DNA of 64,000 bases from an uncultured Planctomycetia bacterium (GCA_964415355.1 CAYPYS010000001.1:145733-209732); one strand, 5' to 3'. Counted from the first letter of the stretch, positions 18,541 to 28,662 are shown. The notes: generated by a model not told the origin, from the sequence alone. A program made the numbers and translations.

Positions 18541-19928
18541 GCGAAGAAGTCTGCCAGGGTGAATATTATATGGCCGCAGATATTGTTAAAGCTGGCCAGG
18601 GCATCGCCTAGAAACGGCACGCGCCCAAATAAAAGAAAGGCCATGCCCGCTAGCAGAGATAGGGATAAGGCAGGGATAATGAAAATATTGGCAACGACTG
18701 CGATCGGGGTTATTATTTTGAAATAATAAAATATCAATGGGGCGGTTCCAAGCCAGGCTGACACTGAGACCGCCATAGGCATAAAGATATATTTCCTAAT
18801 GTAAAAATTCGTGTTTTCTTTTGTCAATTTCATAAACTTCGGAACAAGATATAATATCGACAGCACTGCCAGGAATGAAAGCTGAAATCCTACACTAAAG
18901 AGATCTTTTGGATTTTTAAGCAATATAAAAATAGCTGCTGCACCCATAGAATTGTAAACGTCCACCTTTCTCCCCATAAGCATACCTAAAAGAAATATGC
19001 ACGCCATAGCCACTGCCCTGACTACCGAGGGCCTGGAAAGCGTGAGCAGGGCAAATAAAATCAAAAACACAATTGTAAATATATAATAAAACCCCCTGCG
19101 AAACCTCACAAGCTTCAAAAAATTTACAATAAAAAAAGCGATGAGAGCAATGTGAAGCCCGCTTATCGCCAGTATGTGCATGGTGCCTGAATTCTTGAAG
19201 GATCCCTGAATATCTTTAGCTAATTCTGAACGATCCCCCAAAAGAATAGCCCTTAAAAACGCGCCGCTATCCAAAGGCATTTTTTCAAGGACCTGATTTT
19301 TGAGCCTCTCGCGGATCGAATAGAGGCACTTCATGACAGGATTTGATTTGTAATCGCGCGATAAAACAAAGACGCCATGCTCTTTCGTATTTATGATAGC
19401 AAATATATTCTGGCGTTCGAGGTATGTTCGGTAATAATCGTCATAGCGAGGACGCCTTATCGTCCCTCTCACAAGCAACCTGTCTCCGTATCTATAATCC
19501 TTCTCTGTCTGTATATTGATATGCGTCAACCCTGACACCCGACGCTTTATGCCTGACGTCTCTATCGCCTCGACCGCGAATATATAAGTCGAATTGATCT
19601 TGCCATAATACGGCCCTCGCTTTAACGCAGGGGTTTTTATAATACCTACGATGCCTGTCTTTACAGGCTCCTCTTCTAAAAAATACGAGATATGATCGTT
19701 CGAAAAACGGTTAGAATTAAAATGCGCGAGGGATCCAAATAAAACTATTGTCAGTAATAAAAAAATATTCGCGGCCTTCCGATATTTTAAAAGCAGAAGC
19801 GAGGCCAAAATAAAGATCAGATTCATCGTAACTATATGGGTAAATCTGACCCATGCCGGCAAAAATTCAGCCAGTGCGATTCCTGCTATGAATAAAATAG
19901 AGATTATGGCGAGTGGCCGTCTATTCAT
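18525..19928 (-). CDS. comEC: ComEC/Rec2 competence membrane protein (no C-terminal beta-lactamase domain)
   Basis: HILAISGLH, PSVVRA, GFQLSF motifs. Confidence 0.9.
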   Translation of the reverse strand: MNRRPLAIISILFIAGIALAEFLPAWVRFTHIVTMNLIFILASLLLLKYRKAANIFLLLTIVLFGSLAHFNSNRFSNDHISYFLEEEPVKTGIVGIIKTPALKRGPYYGKINSTYIFAVEAIETSGIKRRVSGLTHINIQTEKDYRYGDRLLVRGTIRRPRYDDYYRTYLERQNIFAIINTKEHGVFVLSRDYKSNPVMKCLYSIRERLKNQVLEKMPLDSGAFLRAILLGDRSELAKDIQGSFKNSGTMHILAISGLHIALIAFFIVNFLKLVRFRRGFYYIFTIVFLILFALLTLSRPSVVRAVAMACIFLLGMLMGRKVDVYNSMGAAAIFILLKNPKDLFSVGFQLSFLAVLSILYLVPKFMKLTKENTNFYIRKYIFMPMAVSVSAWLGTAPLIFYYFKIITPIAVVANIFIIPALSLSLLAGMAFLLFGRVPFLGDALASFNNICGHIIFTLADFFANFTL

Positions 19929-20250
19929 TTATTGTCACAAGATTTCTTATTGCTTCGAATTTTTTACCGCCTATGCCTTTTATGTCTTTTAGCTCTTCTA
20001 TCGAACCGTACCCGCCTATCTTCTCCCTGTAGCTGACTATCTTCGTTGCAAAAACAGGACCTATGCCGGGCAAACCTTCGAATTCTCCGGCGGTAGCAGT
20101 GTTTATGTTCAAAAGGGGTTGCTTTTTTTCTATATCTATCGTTTCGATATCAGACAGGGTTTTTTGAAAATAAGAAAATGTCAGGCAGACTACGCCAAAA
20201 ACAAGGAGGGCAAGTATAGTATGTCTTTCGGATTTTGAGATGGCTAACAC
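19921..20250 (-). CDS. comEA: ComEA-family helix-hairpin-helix DNA-binding protein
   Basis: LNINTA..E...LPGIG...A.KIV.YR..G..IKGIG. Confidence 0.88.
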   Translation of the reverse strand: MLAISKSERHTILALLVFGVVCLTFSYFQKTLSDIETIDIEKKQPLLNINTATAGEFEGLPGIGPVFATKIVSYREKIGGYGSIEELKDIKGIGGKKFEAIRNLVTINE

Positions 20251-20901
20251 TTATTTAAGGTCTTCCGTTGTCAAGGCAGGCTCTTCTGTCATGATCCTTA
20301 TCAGATTCGCTATATTATCGTCTCTGTCTTTTGTGAAGATCGCATTCACCAGGTCACCGCTATTAATGTCTTCAAAATTAATCACTGCTGCCTGTCTTAG
20401 TATAGGCGTGGCTTCCAAATTTTTTATTTTAATCCTTAATGTGTTATCGAGCAATTGATCTCTTACTTCTATCCATAAAATCTGGTTTTCGTCTATGCCG
20501 GTATTGACAACCCTGCCTATGATGCTGATGAATGCGGGTATATCTGGCAGTTTAATCTGCGCGGGCGCTGTCGGCATTGCGGCCTGCGCCGGCGTACTCG
20601 GCAATTGCGGCAGACGCGTCTGTGGCCCCGCAACAGGCGAGGCGTGGGTAGCCGAGGTAATCGGTTGCGACATCACTCCAGGAGCTGAGATATTAGGCGA
20701 AGGTGTCGGCGAAACAGAAGCTGAAGGACTGGACGGGAGAGTCGGGGGCAATATCGGCCTGGACGGCTGCGCGCTTTGAGGTTGCTTAGGGAGGCTCGGT
20801 GCTGACGGATACGCCTGTGTCTTTTTTCTTTCCTCAGCTAAACATTGCACAGTCAAACCAATATAGAAAAACAACACGCCGATCAAAAGAATATTCCTCA
20901 T
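20251..20901 (-). CDS. secreted Pro/Ser-rich hypothetical protein with small C-terminal beta domain
   Basis: Signal peptide and low-complexity P/S/A/T linker. Confidence 0.65.
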   Translation of the reverse strand: MRNILLIGVLFFYIGLTVQCLAEERKKTQAYPSAPSLPKQPQSAQPSRPILPPTLPSSPSASVSPTPSPNISAPGVMSQPITSATHASPVAGPQTRLPQLPSTPAQAAMPTAPAQIKLPDIPAFISIIGRVVNTGIDENQILWIEVRDQLLDNTLRIKIKNLEATPILRQAAVINFEDINSGDLVNAIFTKDRDDNIANLIRIMTEEPALTTEDLK

Positions 20902-20918
20902 AACAACCTCTCCTCGCC

Positions 20919-21278
20919 TTATTTCTGTAATTCTTCTTTGACTTCTATGTCTTCGTAACCTGTCACGTAGCCTCCCACAAAAAAGATCTTTTTACTCTTT
21001 GATAAATGCCTGAAATCAACCGGTGTATAAGGCATCCACGCATCGTATACCCAGGTCTCTTTCTTAAGTCCCTGCTCGTCATAACCCGTTTCTATTATTT
21101 GGTCCGGTTCGCCCCATTTCTCAAGCACCTCATCTTCGGCCGTGCCAGAGACCACCATTGTCTTTGTGCTGAGAGGGTGCGTCAACGCGTACCCTGCCGT
21201 CGGAGTCTTTACATCCGCGCAACCAACAATAGCTACAGCGACAAACAAAACTAACGTCAAAAACAATTTCTTCTTCAT
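20919..21278 (-). CDS. hypothetical lipoprotein (BamE/SmpA-like fold possible)
   Basis: Lipobox IVGC, EVLEKWGEPD..ETWVY motif; start MKKK with GGAGG SD. Confidence 0.7.
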   Translation of the reverse strand: MKKKLFLTLVLFVAVAIVGCADVKTPTAGYALTHPLSTKTMVVSGTAEDEVLEKWGEPDQIIETGYDEQGLKKETWVYDAWMPYTPVDFRHLSKSKKIFFVGGYVTGYEDIEVKEELQK

Positions 21279-21313
21279 GGCTCCTCCCGTCCCTGCGTTT
21301 AACATCCTCGGCT

Positions 21314-21350
21314 TAAGTATACACTTTAACATTGTTGAAGTGTATACTTA
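21314..21350. repeat. 37-bp palindromic element, copy 15
   Basis: TAAGTATACACTTTAACATTGTTGAAGTGTATACTTA. Confidence 0.95.
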
Positions 21351-21373
21351 AGAATTCCCGTGCAGTTCAGTAG

Positions 21374-22573
21374 TTACTTTACTATATACTCGACGAGTTT
21401 TATATTAAAATTTTCTAAATCCTCAAAATCTCCCTTATACGCGCCGAGAAGCGACTCCTTAAAAGCCATGTCTTTTAATATGAATTCGCAAAACCTCCTG
21501 AATTTCTTTCTGCCGTATTGCGTAATTAGAAATTCGACCATCTTTTCTGACTGCGCGTAAAAAAGTTCTCGCATAGCCTTGCCATCGGGATATCGCGCCA
21601 TACGCAAAAGATCCCCCAGGAGAATGTGCCTTCCTTCCTTTATATATTTCACAAGAATCTTATTTGATAGACTCGTTACGCTCGCCTCATAATTCGCCAG
21701 GCCCTCGTTCAGCCACAATGGGATAGTGCTATCATTGGCTATATCCGAAAAAATAAGGTGGGTCAACTCGTGCGGAAACGTAACCGCAAGATATCCGTCG
21801 GACAAGGCGCATAAAAACATCTCTTTCTCGCCGTAATTAGGCACGAATCCGCCCACCAGCTCCGCGTTAAATCCTATATTTTTCAAAAAACTCTTCCATT
21901 TATCAATGTTCTCCACGATATACACCTGACATTTTTTGTCCCATTCTATCTCACCCTCATAACCAAGGTCGTAGGAAATCTTTTCGAAATAATACTCTGC
22001 CTTGTCGCTCACTATCTTCGACTGCGCTTTATCGCGATAATATATTGAAAAATGTTCCGTCTCTCTTACAAACCAATTTCCTTTAGCGAGTAATTTTTTT
22101 GAAAATTCAGACCTCTTCTTCCTATCTGCCTTCTTAGAAAATCTCGTCTCGCTATGTTTTTCACTGGCTATGCTCGATGCCTGCAGTCGTTCTTTCTCTT
22201 CAGGCGTGACCCAATCTCCTTCATGCTCAACCAATCCTTTTTTTCTCTGTTCCTCTTTAAAGGTTTCGTCTATTTTTGGTTCCGTCTCTGACTCCGGAGA
22301 CCCTTTCCTCTGCGCCTTATCTGTTTCCCAGTCTTCCTCCATCTTTAATCGTTCATCATCGGATTCTTTCTCGACTCTATCAATGTCCTTTTTGGAAAAT
22401 GTAACTGTTGCGCCTATATTGATCTTGATCTCAACAGAGTCCTCGCTCTCTTTGGTAATAATGCCCGAGACCTTGTTGCCATTTTTTAGATAAATGTCGT
22501 CTGCAAAAATCACTGAACCGCACAGCGACAATATCAATAACATGCAAATCATACCAAAAATACTTTTTTTCAT
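21374..22573 (-). CDS. secreted gluzincin/peptidase MA-like protein
   Basis: Signal peptide, HELTH...PLWLNEGLA...FYAQS. Confidence 0.75.
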   Translation of the reverse strand: MKKSIFGMICMLLILSLCGSVIFADDIYLKNGNKVSGIITKESEDSVEIKINIGATVTFSKKDIDRVEKESDDERLKMEEDWETDKAQRKGSPESETEPKIDETFKEEQRKKGLVEHEGDWVTPEEKERLQASSIASEKHSETRFSKKADRKKRSEFSKKLLAKGNWFVRETEHFSIYYRDKAQSKIVSDKAEYYFEKISYDLGYEGEIEWDKKCQVYIVENIDKWKSFLKNIGFNAELVGGFVPNYGEKEMFLCALSDGYLAVTFPHELTHLIFSDIANDSTIPLWLNEGLANYEASVTSLSNKILVKYIKEGRHILLGDLLRMARYPDGKAMRELFYAQSEKMVEFLITQYGRKKFRRFCEFILKDMAFKESLLGAYKGDFEDLENFNIKLVEYIVK

Positions 22574-22589
22574 ATGCTTAATTCTCACT

Positions 22590-22626
22590 TAAGTATACAT
22601 TTTAACAATGTTAAAGTGTATACTTA
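22590..22626. repeat. 37-bp palindromic element, copy 16
   Basis: TAAGTATACATTTTAACAATGTTAAAGTGTATACTTA. Confidence 0.95.
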
Positions 22627-22650
22627 AACGTATGAACTCAGACCCAAGGT

Positions 22651-25107
22651 CTACACCGCGAGATTCACGAGCTTGCCTTTAACCAGTATAAATTTCTTGG
22701 GCTGCTTGCCCCCTGTCCACTTGTTGACAACGGGATTTTCCAGCACAAGAGTTTTGATCTCGTCCTCGCTCGCGGAAGAGGAAATCTCGAGCTTGGCCCT
22801 GACCCTGCCGTTTATCTGAATGACCAATGTTAGCTTTTCCTGGCTGAGCGCGCTCTCTTCATAACCAGGCCAATCTGCTCCAAAGACGCTCTTTTTGTTG
22901 CCGAGTTTCTCCCACATCTCTTCGGCAATGTGCGGGACAAACGGCGCCATAAGAATCACTGTTGTCTCAATGGCCTTCTTCACGTCATCCGCATTCTGCA
23001 TCCCGCATTCCGCAGACTTATAAATCTCGTTAACGAGCTCCATTATCGCGCTAAGCGCAGTATTAAAATGAAAAGTTGTTTCCATGTCCTCAGTGACTTT
23101 TTTAATTGTAAGGTGTGTCCTGCGCTTAAGTTCTGAGATTTGATTCTCTGACGGCTGACGACCCGCGGCTGATGACGAACTACTATCGACTAATCTCCAC
23201 ACCCTGTTCAAAAATCTCCACGCGCCTTCTACCCCGCGGTCATTCCACTCAGCATCCTTCTCAGGCGGGCCAATGAATAATGTATAAAGCCGCACTGTAT
23301 CTGCGCCGTATTTGTCGATAAGCTTGTCAGGGCTCACCACATTGCCTTTTGACTTCGACATCTTGGCCCCGTCTTTCACGATCATGCCCTGAGTAAAAAG
23401 TTTCGCGAACGGCTCATTAAAACCGATGTATCCTGCATCGTAAAGCACCTTTACGATGAACCTCGAGTACATAAGATGCAATATCGCATGCTCCACCCCG
23501 CCGATATATTGGTCGACAGGCAGCCATTTATCGACCACGCCCCTGTCAAATGCCTGATTTTTATCTTTTGGCGAGAGATATCTCAGGAAATACCAACTCG
23601 AATCTACAAACGTATCCATGGTATCTATTTCGCGCATTGCCCTTGAACCGCATTTGGGGCATTTTGTATTTACGAAACCCCTGACCTCTTTAAGCGGCGA
23701 CTCGCCATGCGGCCTGAATTCTACTTTTTCAGGCAAAAGTACGGGGAGGTTTTTTTCACTAACTGCCTGCATGCCGCATTTATCGCAATATACAATCGGG
23801 ATAGGCGCACCCCAGTACCTCTGTCTTGAGATCAACCAATCCCTTAATTTATAATGGACCTTGCGCCTGCCTATACCCTCGACCTCCATGTAATCCGAGA
23901 TCTTTTCAATTGCCTCAAGACTCCCCAGGCCATTGAATCGCCCGGAATTCACCATCACACCTTCTCCAGCATAGGCTTGTTTCATGCTCTCGGCTTTAAG
24001 CGGTTCTTTTATATCGTCGATCACCACCACTATCGGCAGTTTGCACTTTTTTGCAAATTCAAAATCGCGCTGGTCGTGCGCAGGGACAGCCATGACCGCG
24101 CCAGTGCCGTATTCCATCAATACATAATTCGCGATCCAGAGCGGGATCTTTTTATTGTTAACCGGATTTATAACATACCTTCCCGTGAATACACCTTTTT
24201 TCTCAACGTCTGCCGCGACCCTCTCTGTGACGCTTTCCTTTTTCACCTCGTTGATGAATTTTTTTATCTCGTCTTTATTCTCGGAATCCCTGATAATATC
24301 TTCGACGAGCGGATGCTCTGCGGCGAGCACCATATAGGTAGCACCAAAAATTGTATCGACCCGCGTTGTGAAACAACCAAGCGCCTCGTCAGTGCCGAAA
24401 ATTTTAAAATCTATCTCGACCCCTTTGCTTTTACCTATCCAGTTCTTCTGCATGGTCTTCACTCTCTCAGGCCAATCCTTTAAGAGCGCCAGATCATCCA
24501 GCAGCCGTTGCGCGTAGTCAGTGATCTTAAAAAACCACTGCTCGAGACTGCGCAGCTCGACCTCTGCCGAACATCTCTCGCAGCCGCCGCTCACGACCTG
24601 CTCATTGGCGAGCACAGTCTTGCAAGAAGGGCACCAGTTTACAGGCGCCTTTTTCTTGTAGGCGAGCCCCTTTTCGTAGAGTTTCAAAAATATCCACTGG
24701 GTCCATTTGTAATAGTCCGGCATGCACGACGCAATCTCTCTGCCCCAGTCATAGCCTACGCCCCATGAATCCAGCTGTTTCTTCATTGTCTTTATATTAT
24801 TTAAGGTAGATGTTTTGGGGTGCACCCTGCTTTTTATCGCAGCGTTCTCAGCCGGCAGGCCAAACGCGTCCCAGCCCATTGGTGCCAGCACATTTAGATT
24901 GCGCATGATCTTATAACGGGCGACCACGTCGCCTATGATGTAGTTCCGGCCGTGCCCAACATGGAGCGACGACGACGGATACGGAAACATCATCAGGCAG
25001 TAATACTTTGCCTTGGGAGACTTGGGATCCATCTTGAACAGACCCTGCTTTTCCCACTTTTTCTGCCATTTCTTTTCGATATTTTTAAAAGAATAAATAT
25101 TGCTCAT
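22651..25107 (-). CDS. leuS: leucine--tRNA ligase
   Basis: MFPYPS..LHVGH, GTGAVMAVPAHD, SRQRYWG, KMSKS. Confidence 0.98.
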   Translation of the reverse strand: MSNIYSFKNIEKKWQKKWEKQGLFKMDPKSPKAKYYCLMMFPYPSSSLHVGHGRNYIIGDVVARYKIMRNLNVLAPMGWDAFGLPAENAAIKSRVHPKTSTLNNIKTMKKQLDSWGVGYDWGREIASCMPDYYKWTQWIFLKLYEKGLAYKKKAPVNWCPSCKTVLANEQVVSGGCERCSAEVELRSLEQWFFKITDYAQRLLDDLALLKDWPERVKTMQKNWIGKSKGVEIDFKIFGTDEALGCFTTRVDTIFGATYMVLAAEHPLVEDIIRDSENKDEIKKFINEVKKESVTERVAADVEKKGVFTGRYVINPVNNKKIPLWIANYVLMEYGTGAVMAVPAHDQRDFEFAKKCKLPIVVVIDDIKEPLKAESMKQAYAGEGVMVNSGRFNGLGSLEAIEKISDYMEVEGIGRRKVHYKLRDWLISRQRYWGAPIPIVYCDKCGMQAVSEKNLPVLLPEKVEFRPHGESPLKEVRGFVNTKCPKCGSRAMREIDTMDTFVDSSWYFLRYLSPKDKNQAFDRGVVDKWLPVDQYIGGVEHAILHLMYSRFIVKVLYDAGYIGFNEPFAKLFTQGMIVKDGAKMSKSKGNVVSPDKLIDKYGADTVRLYTLFIGPPEKDAEWNDRGVEGAWRFLNRVWRLVDSSSSSAAGRQPSENQISELKRRTHLTIKKVTEDMETTFHFNTALSAIMELVNEIYKSAECGMQNADDVKKAIETTVILMAPFVPHIAEEMWEKLGNKKSVFGADWPGYEESALSQEKLTLVIQINGRVRAKLEISSSASEDEIKTLVLENPVVNKWTGGKQPKKFILVKGKLVNLAV

Positions 25108-25123
25108 ATCCTCATTCTACCCC

Positions 25124-25160
25124 TAACTTTACATTTCAACAATGTTAAAGTGTATACTTA
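25124..25160. repeat. 37-bp palindromic element, copy 17 (mixed arms)
   Basis: TAACTTTACATTTCAACAATGTTAAAGTGTATACTTA. Confidence 0.95.
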
Positions 25161-25175
25161 AGTCCTTATATCCTT

Positions 25176-25829
25176 TTAATCCCCATTCGTAAATGCATCT
25201 TTTAACACAAACCTGCTGTCATAGGCCAGTAAAACGAATCTCAGTAAGTTGAACGCCACCAGCGCGATCGAGCCGTAAAAAACAATTTGCCTTAGGCTCA
25301 CCAAAAACATGCGCATCTCAAGAATGCCATTCACGACAATAAGGGAATTTACGACCAATGCGAGCGCGGCCAGGCAAAATATCACGATTTTAAAAACGAG
25401 GTACAGGACGCGAGAGGTCTTGGAAGCTACAAAAAACATACCGAGCTTGGATTTATTTATCGCAAAAGTGCTTATGCCGTTTCGCGACGAATGATGCCTT
25501 ATAAAATCTGCTACAAGAGAACGCGCTACAAATATAATTGGTACCGCTATAGGTATAAGCCGCTTATAGGCGAAAAATATCAAGAAGAGGTTCTCTGTGA
25601 TCCTGTCCCCAAGCGTATCCATGAGCCCACCGAGCTTCGACGAGATCCTAAACCTGCGCGCCACATAGCCATCGAACCAATCCAGAATCGCAATAAATAT
25701 CAATAGCGCAAGCCCTGTGATCCTCGAGACAGGAGACATATTGCTCAGTAAAATTATTATTACAAATACTAAAAAGCTCCTGAAAATCACTATCAAATTA
25801 GCCAGATTTTTAAATATTGCAGGTGGCAT
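25176..25829 (-). CDS. CDP-alcohol phosphatidyltransferase family protein
   Basis: DWFDGYVARR...S..GG.MD..GD signature. Confidence 0.85.
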   Translation of the reverse strand: MPPAIFKNLANLIVIFRSFLVFVIIILLSNMSPVSRITGLALLIFIAILDWFDGYVARRFRISSKLGGLMDTLGDRITENLFLIFFAYKRLIPIAVPIIFVARSLVADFIRHHSSRNGISTFAINKSKLGMFFVASKTSRVLYLVFKIVIFCLAALALVVNSLIVVNGILEMRMFLVSLRQIVFYGSIALVAFNLLRFVLLAYDSRFVLKDAFTNGD

Positions 25830-25831
25830 AT

Positions 25832-26917
25832 TTACACACAGAGCGTTTTCTTTAACGAGCTTCCGATCGCGCTATACGCGTCGCATGGACTCCAGCAGGA
25901 CGGGCACGCGTAATGAGAACACTCATAGCTCAGCTTCCTGGTATAATCTGCATTCCAGATCTCGCTTAATTCATTTCTCATATCTTTTATATTCAGGAGC
26001 TTTTTATTGTACACGGCGCATGGAAACAGATTTCCGTATGGGTCGAGAAAACATGTCGAGGAAAGCGCCTGGCATTTCAGCGGGCATTTATGCGTGTCCA
26101 TATACTTAAGGTATAGTTTTAAATATTTACGCCTTAAAAAATTATTTATAGAAAGCCTGCCTTTGTCCATCTCCAAGATCTTTTTAATCTCGCTTTTCAG
26201 TCGAACATTATCAAGCTCCTGCATATCGACATTTTCATAATAAAATGAGGATTTCTGGAATATATTTACTGTCATATCGTCGAATCTAAACTCCGGATAT
26301 GCCTCTTTTAGTGCATTAAAAGTATCTTTGAATCTGCCTATATTATGAGGAGAAAGCGTAAAGCCTATCTGCGCCTTTGCAAAACCATCATTCTTCAGCG
26401 TCTTAAAAGTATCCACGGCTTTATTCCAAGTGCCGCGCACCCCCCTTATCTCATCATGTAATAAAGGCGGGCCGTCTATGCTGACTGTATACACTACCTT
26501 TAATTTTTTGTTCTTCCTCCTGATGTGATCGGTGACTCCGAGTATTTTTTCCTTTAATTGACCGTTTGTGGCAAAGTGAATCGCGCTTAAGTTACGGCAA
26601 TATTTATTTACAATGTCTATTATATCCGAAAGGTCAGGCCTTAAAAACGGCTCGCCGCCCGTGATCCCGACCCAGGAAAATTTATTTGCCTTTTTGAAAA
26701 AATTATCCAGCTCTTCAACTGTGAGCTCGTTTCCTTCAGGTTCTTTTTTCCATATGTTGCACATCTTGCATCGCAGGTTACACCTGTAGGTCACTGCATA
26801 AGACAATTTGAACGGGAAATTTATTCTTTTGATATTTGAAAGTAATAGGGATTTTAAGAAATAGGCTTTTCGGCTCAAGGTCTCTTTAAGTGAAATAAAT
26901 AATTGGTTGCGGGGCAA
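25832..26917 (-). CDS. radical SAM protein with SPASM/twitch domain
   Basis: CNLRCKMC, TGGEPFLR, C-terminal C..PC...CPSCWSPC. Confidence 0.88.
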   Translation of the reverse strand: MPRNQLFISLKETLSRKAYFLKSLLLSNIKRINFPFKLSYAVTYRCNLRCKMCNIWKKEPEGNELTVEELDNFFKKANKFSWVGITGGEPFLRPDLSDIIDIVNKYCRNLSAIHFATNGQLKEKILGVTDHIRRKNKKLKVVYTVSIDGPPLLHDEIRGVRGTWNKAVDTFKTLKNDGFAKAQIGFTLSPHNIGRFKDTFNALKEAYPEFRFDDMTVNIFQKSSFYYENVDMQELDNVRLKSEIKKILEMDKGRLSINNFLRRKYLKLYLKYMDTHKCPLKCQALSSTCFLDPYGNLFPCAVYNKKLLNIKDMRNELSEIWNADYTRKLSYECSHYACPSCWSPCDAYSAIGSSLKKTLCV

Positions 26918-27426
26918 AGAATATCAAATTTTTTTATATCGTAAAACTTGAAGGCAATGCCGTTATCCCCGAACAGCTGCATCCACCCCTCTTTTTCCCT
27001 ATGGGTCAACGGGACCGGCATATTTCTGCAATGAATCTTATTCATCAGAAAATCTCTTGCCTTTGCGATCAAGGTCGGCCTGAGTTCGAATACTAAGACC
27101 TCGCGGCAGACCCGCATCGCCTCTTTTATTATCTTTATCTGATCGCCAAAAGGGATATGGTGCAATACTTCGATAAAAAGGCCTGTGTCAAATTCATTGT
27201 CATCAAAATCGAGCTCATCGCATTTCTGCATCGGTTTAAATTTGATATCCCTTTTCAAATAACTAAAGATATCCGTGCCTGTGAGGTCGCAATTGAAAAA
27301 CTTCTCTATCTCATGCGAGATCACGCCATTGCCGCAGCCAATATCCAAAACCTTCTTGCCTTTCGAAAGATGCGGCGAGATCGCCTTTATAACTATCCTC
27401 GCCCTGTACTTTAATGTAAATTCCAT
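26875..27426 (-). CDS. class I SAM-dependent methyltransferase
   Basis: VLDIGCGNG, EVLHHIP; start reassigned to MEFTLK. Confidence 0.85.
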   Translation of the reverse strand: MEFTLKYRARIVIKAISPHLSKGKKVLDIGCGNGVISHEIEKFFNCDLTGTDIFSYLKRDIKFKPMQKCDELDFDDNEFDTGLFIEVLHHIPFGDQIKIIKEAMRVCREVLVFELRPTLIAKARDFLMNKIHCRNMPVPLTHREKEGWMQLFGDNGIAFKFYDIKKFDILCPATNYLFHLKRP

Positions 27427-27431
27427 ACCCC

Positions 27432-27468
27432 TAACTTTACATTTCAACAACGTTAAAGTGTAAAGTTA
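27432..27468. repeat. 37-bp palindromic element, copy 18
   Basis: Matches consensus exactly. Confidence 0.95.
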
Positions 27469-27494
27469 ACTCCCCTTCACGGGTTCTTGTAAAT

Positions 27495-27568
27495 TGGTGG
27501 AGCTGACGGGAATCGAACCCGTGACTCGACAATGCCATTGTCGTGTGATCCCGCTTCACTACAGCCCC
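27495..27568 (-). tRNA. tRNA-Ala(GGC)
   Basis: GGGGCTGTAG...CGACA-ATGGCAT-TGTCG...GGTTCGATTCCC...CAGCTCCACCA; G3:U70 identity pair. Confidence 0.92.
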
Positions 27569-27570
27569 GT

Positions 27571-27658
27571 TGGTGCCGGAGGTGGGAGTCGAACCCACAC
27601 GAGGGGTAACCTCACACGATTTTGAGTCGTGCGCGTCAGCCAATTCCGCCACTCCGGC
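27571..27658 (-). tRNA. tRNA-Leu(CAA)
   Basis: GCCGGAGTGGCGGAATTGG...CACGA-CTCAAAA-TCGTG, long variable arm, GGTTCGACTCCC, CCA end. Confidence 0.95.
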
Positions 27659-27663
27659 AACTC

Positions 27664-27700
27664 TAAGTTTACACTTTAACGTTGTTGAAATGTAAAGTTA
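27664..27700. repeat. 37-bp palindromic element, copy 19
   Basis: Supplies the accA TAA stop; ends 5 bp before tRNA-Leu. Confidence 0.95.
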
Positions 27701-28651
27701 GAGAGAACTTCCCATCCTTCTGAATTTTTCGTAACGCTTCTCCGTTAATTTCTCCGGAGAAACTGTTTTTAATTCTTTCAATGCCCGCTTTATGTATTTT
27801 TTAACAGAGCTTGCTGCCTTCTCGGGGTCCCGGTGCGCGCCTCCCAGCGGTTCAGGTATTTCACCGTCGATGATCCCCAGGCCGATAAGATCTTTCGCGG
27901 TAAGCTTCAACACCTCTGAAGCCTCAGGCGCTTTAAGCCTGTCCTTCCACAAAATCGCAGCGCAACCTTCGGGCGATATTACTGAGTAGTAGGCATTTTC
28001 CATGACATACACCCTGTCGCCAATGCCTATACCAAGGGCGCCGCCGCTCCCGCCCTCTCCGATGACTATGACGATGATCGGCACAGTCAGAGAAATCATC
28101 TCTCTCAGATTATAAGCTATGGAATGCGCCTGTCCCCGCTCCTCAGCCCCTATGCCGGGGTATGCGCCGGGCGTATCGACAAACGTGATTATGGGGATTT
28201 CGAATTTCTCGGCAAGCTTCATCAATCTCATTGCCTTGCGATAACCCTCGGGATGAGCGCTCCCAAAATTTCTCATCAGATTCTCTTTCGTGTCCCGGCC
28301 TTTCTGATGCCCCATCACCATGACCTTTTCCCCGTCTATTTTCGCAAGCCCTCCGGCAAGCGCCTTATCGTCCTGGTATAACCTGTCTCCGTGTAACTCG
28401 ATAAAATCAGCCATTATCATGTTTACATAATCGCCGGTATACGGCCTCTTGGGATGTCGCGCGATCTGCACCTTTTGCCACGGCGTAAGGGATTCGAATA
28501 TTTCGCGCTTTAGCTTCTCAAGCCTCGCCTCTAAAGTCTTTATCTCTTCCGAGAGATCGATGCTGCCGTCGTACGCAAGAGACTTCAGCTCAGCAATCTT
28601 AAGCTCTAATTCCAATATTGGTTTTTCAAAATCCAAACCAAGCGTCGCCAT
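27698..28651 (-). CDS. accA: acetyl-CoA carboxylase carboxyltransferase alpha
   Basis: [38 protein letters not shown]. Confidence 0.97.
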   Translation of the reverse strand: MATLGLDFEKPILELELKIAELKSLAYDGSIDLSEEIKTLEARLEKLKREIFESLTPWQKVQIARHPKRPYTGDYVNMIMADFIELHGDRLYQDDKALAGGLAKIDGEKVMVMGHQKGRDTKENLMRNFGSAHPEGYRKAMRLMKLAEKFEIPIITFVDTPGAYPGIGAEERGQAHSIAYNLREMISLTVPIIVIVIGEGGSGGALGIGIGDRVYVMENAYYSVISPEGCAAILWKDRLKAPEASEVLKLTAKDLIGLGIIDGEIPEPLGGAHRDPEKAASSVKKYIKRALKELKTVSPEKLTEKRYEKFRRMGSSL

Positions 28652-28662
28652 AACCTAATCCT

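Noticed and set aside
15540-27450. ORF-track N-termini MLKCKVR/MLKCILK (15566, 21332, 27450) and short ORFs ending [10 protein letters not shown]
   Set aside because: Artefacts of reading through the 37-bp element; better ATG starts with SDs lie downstream.
27437-27652. 71-aa ORF on the minus strand
   Set aside because: Overlaps tRNA-Leu and tRNA-Ala; spurious.
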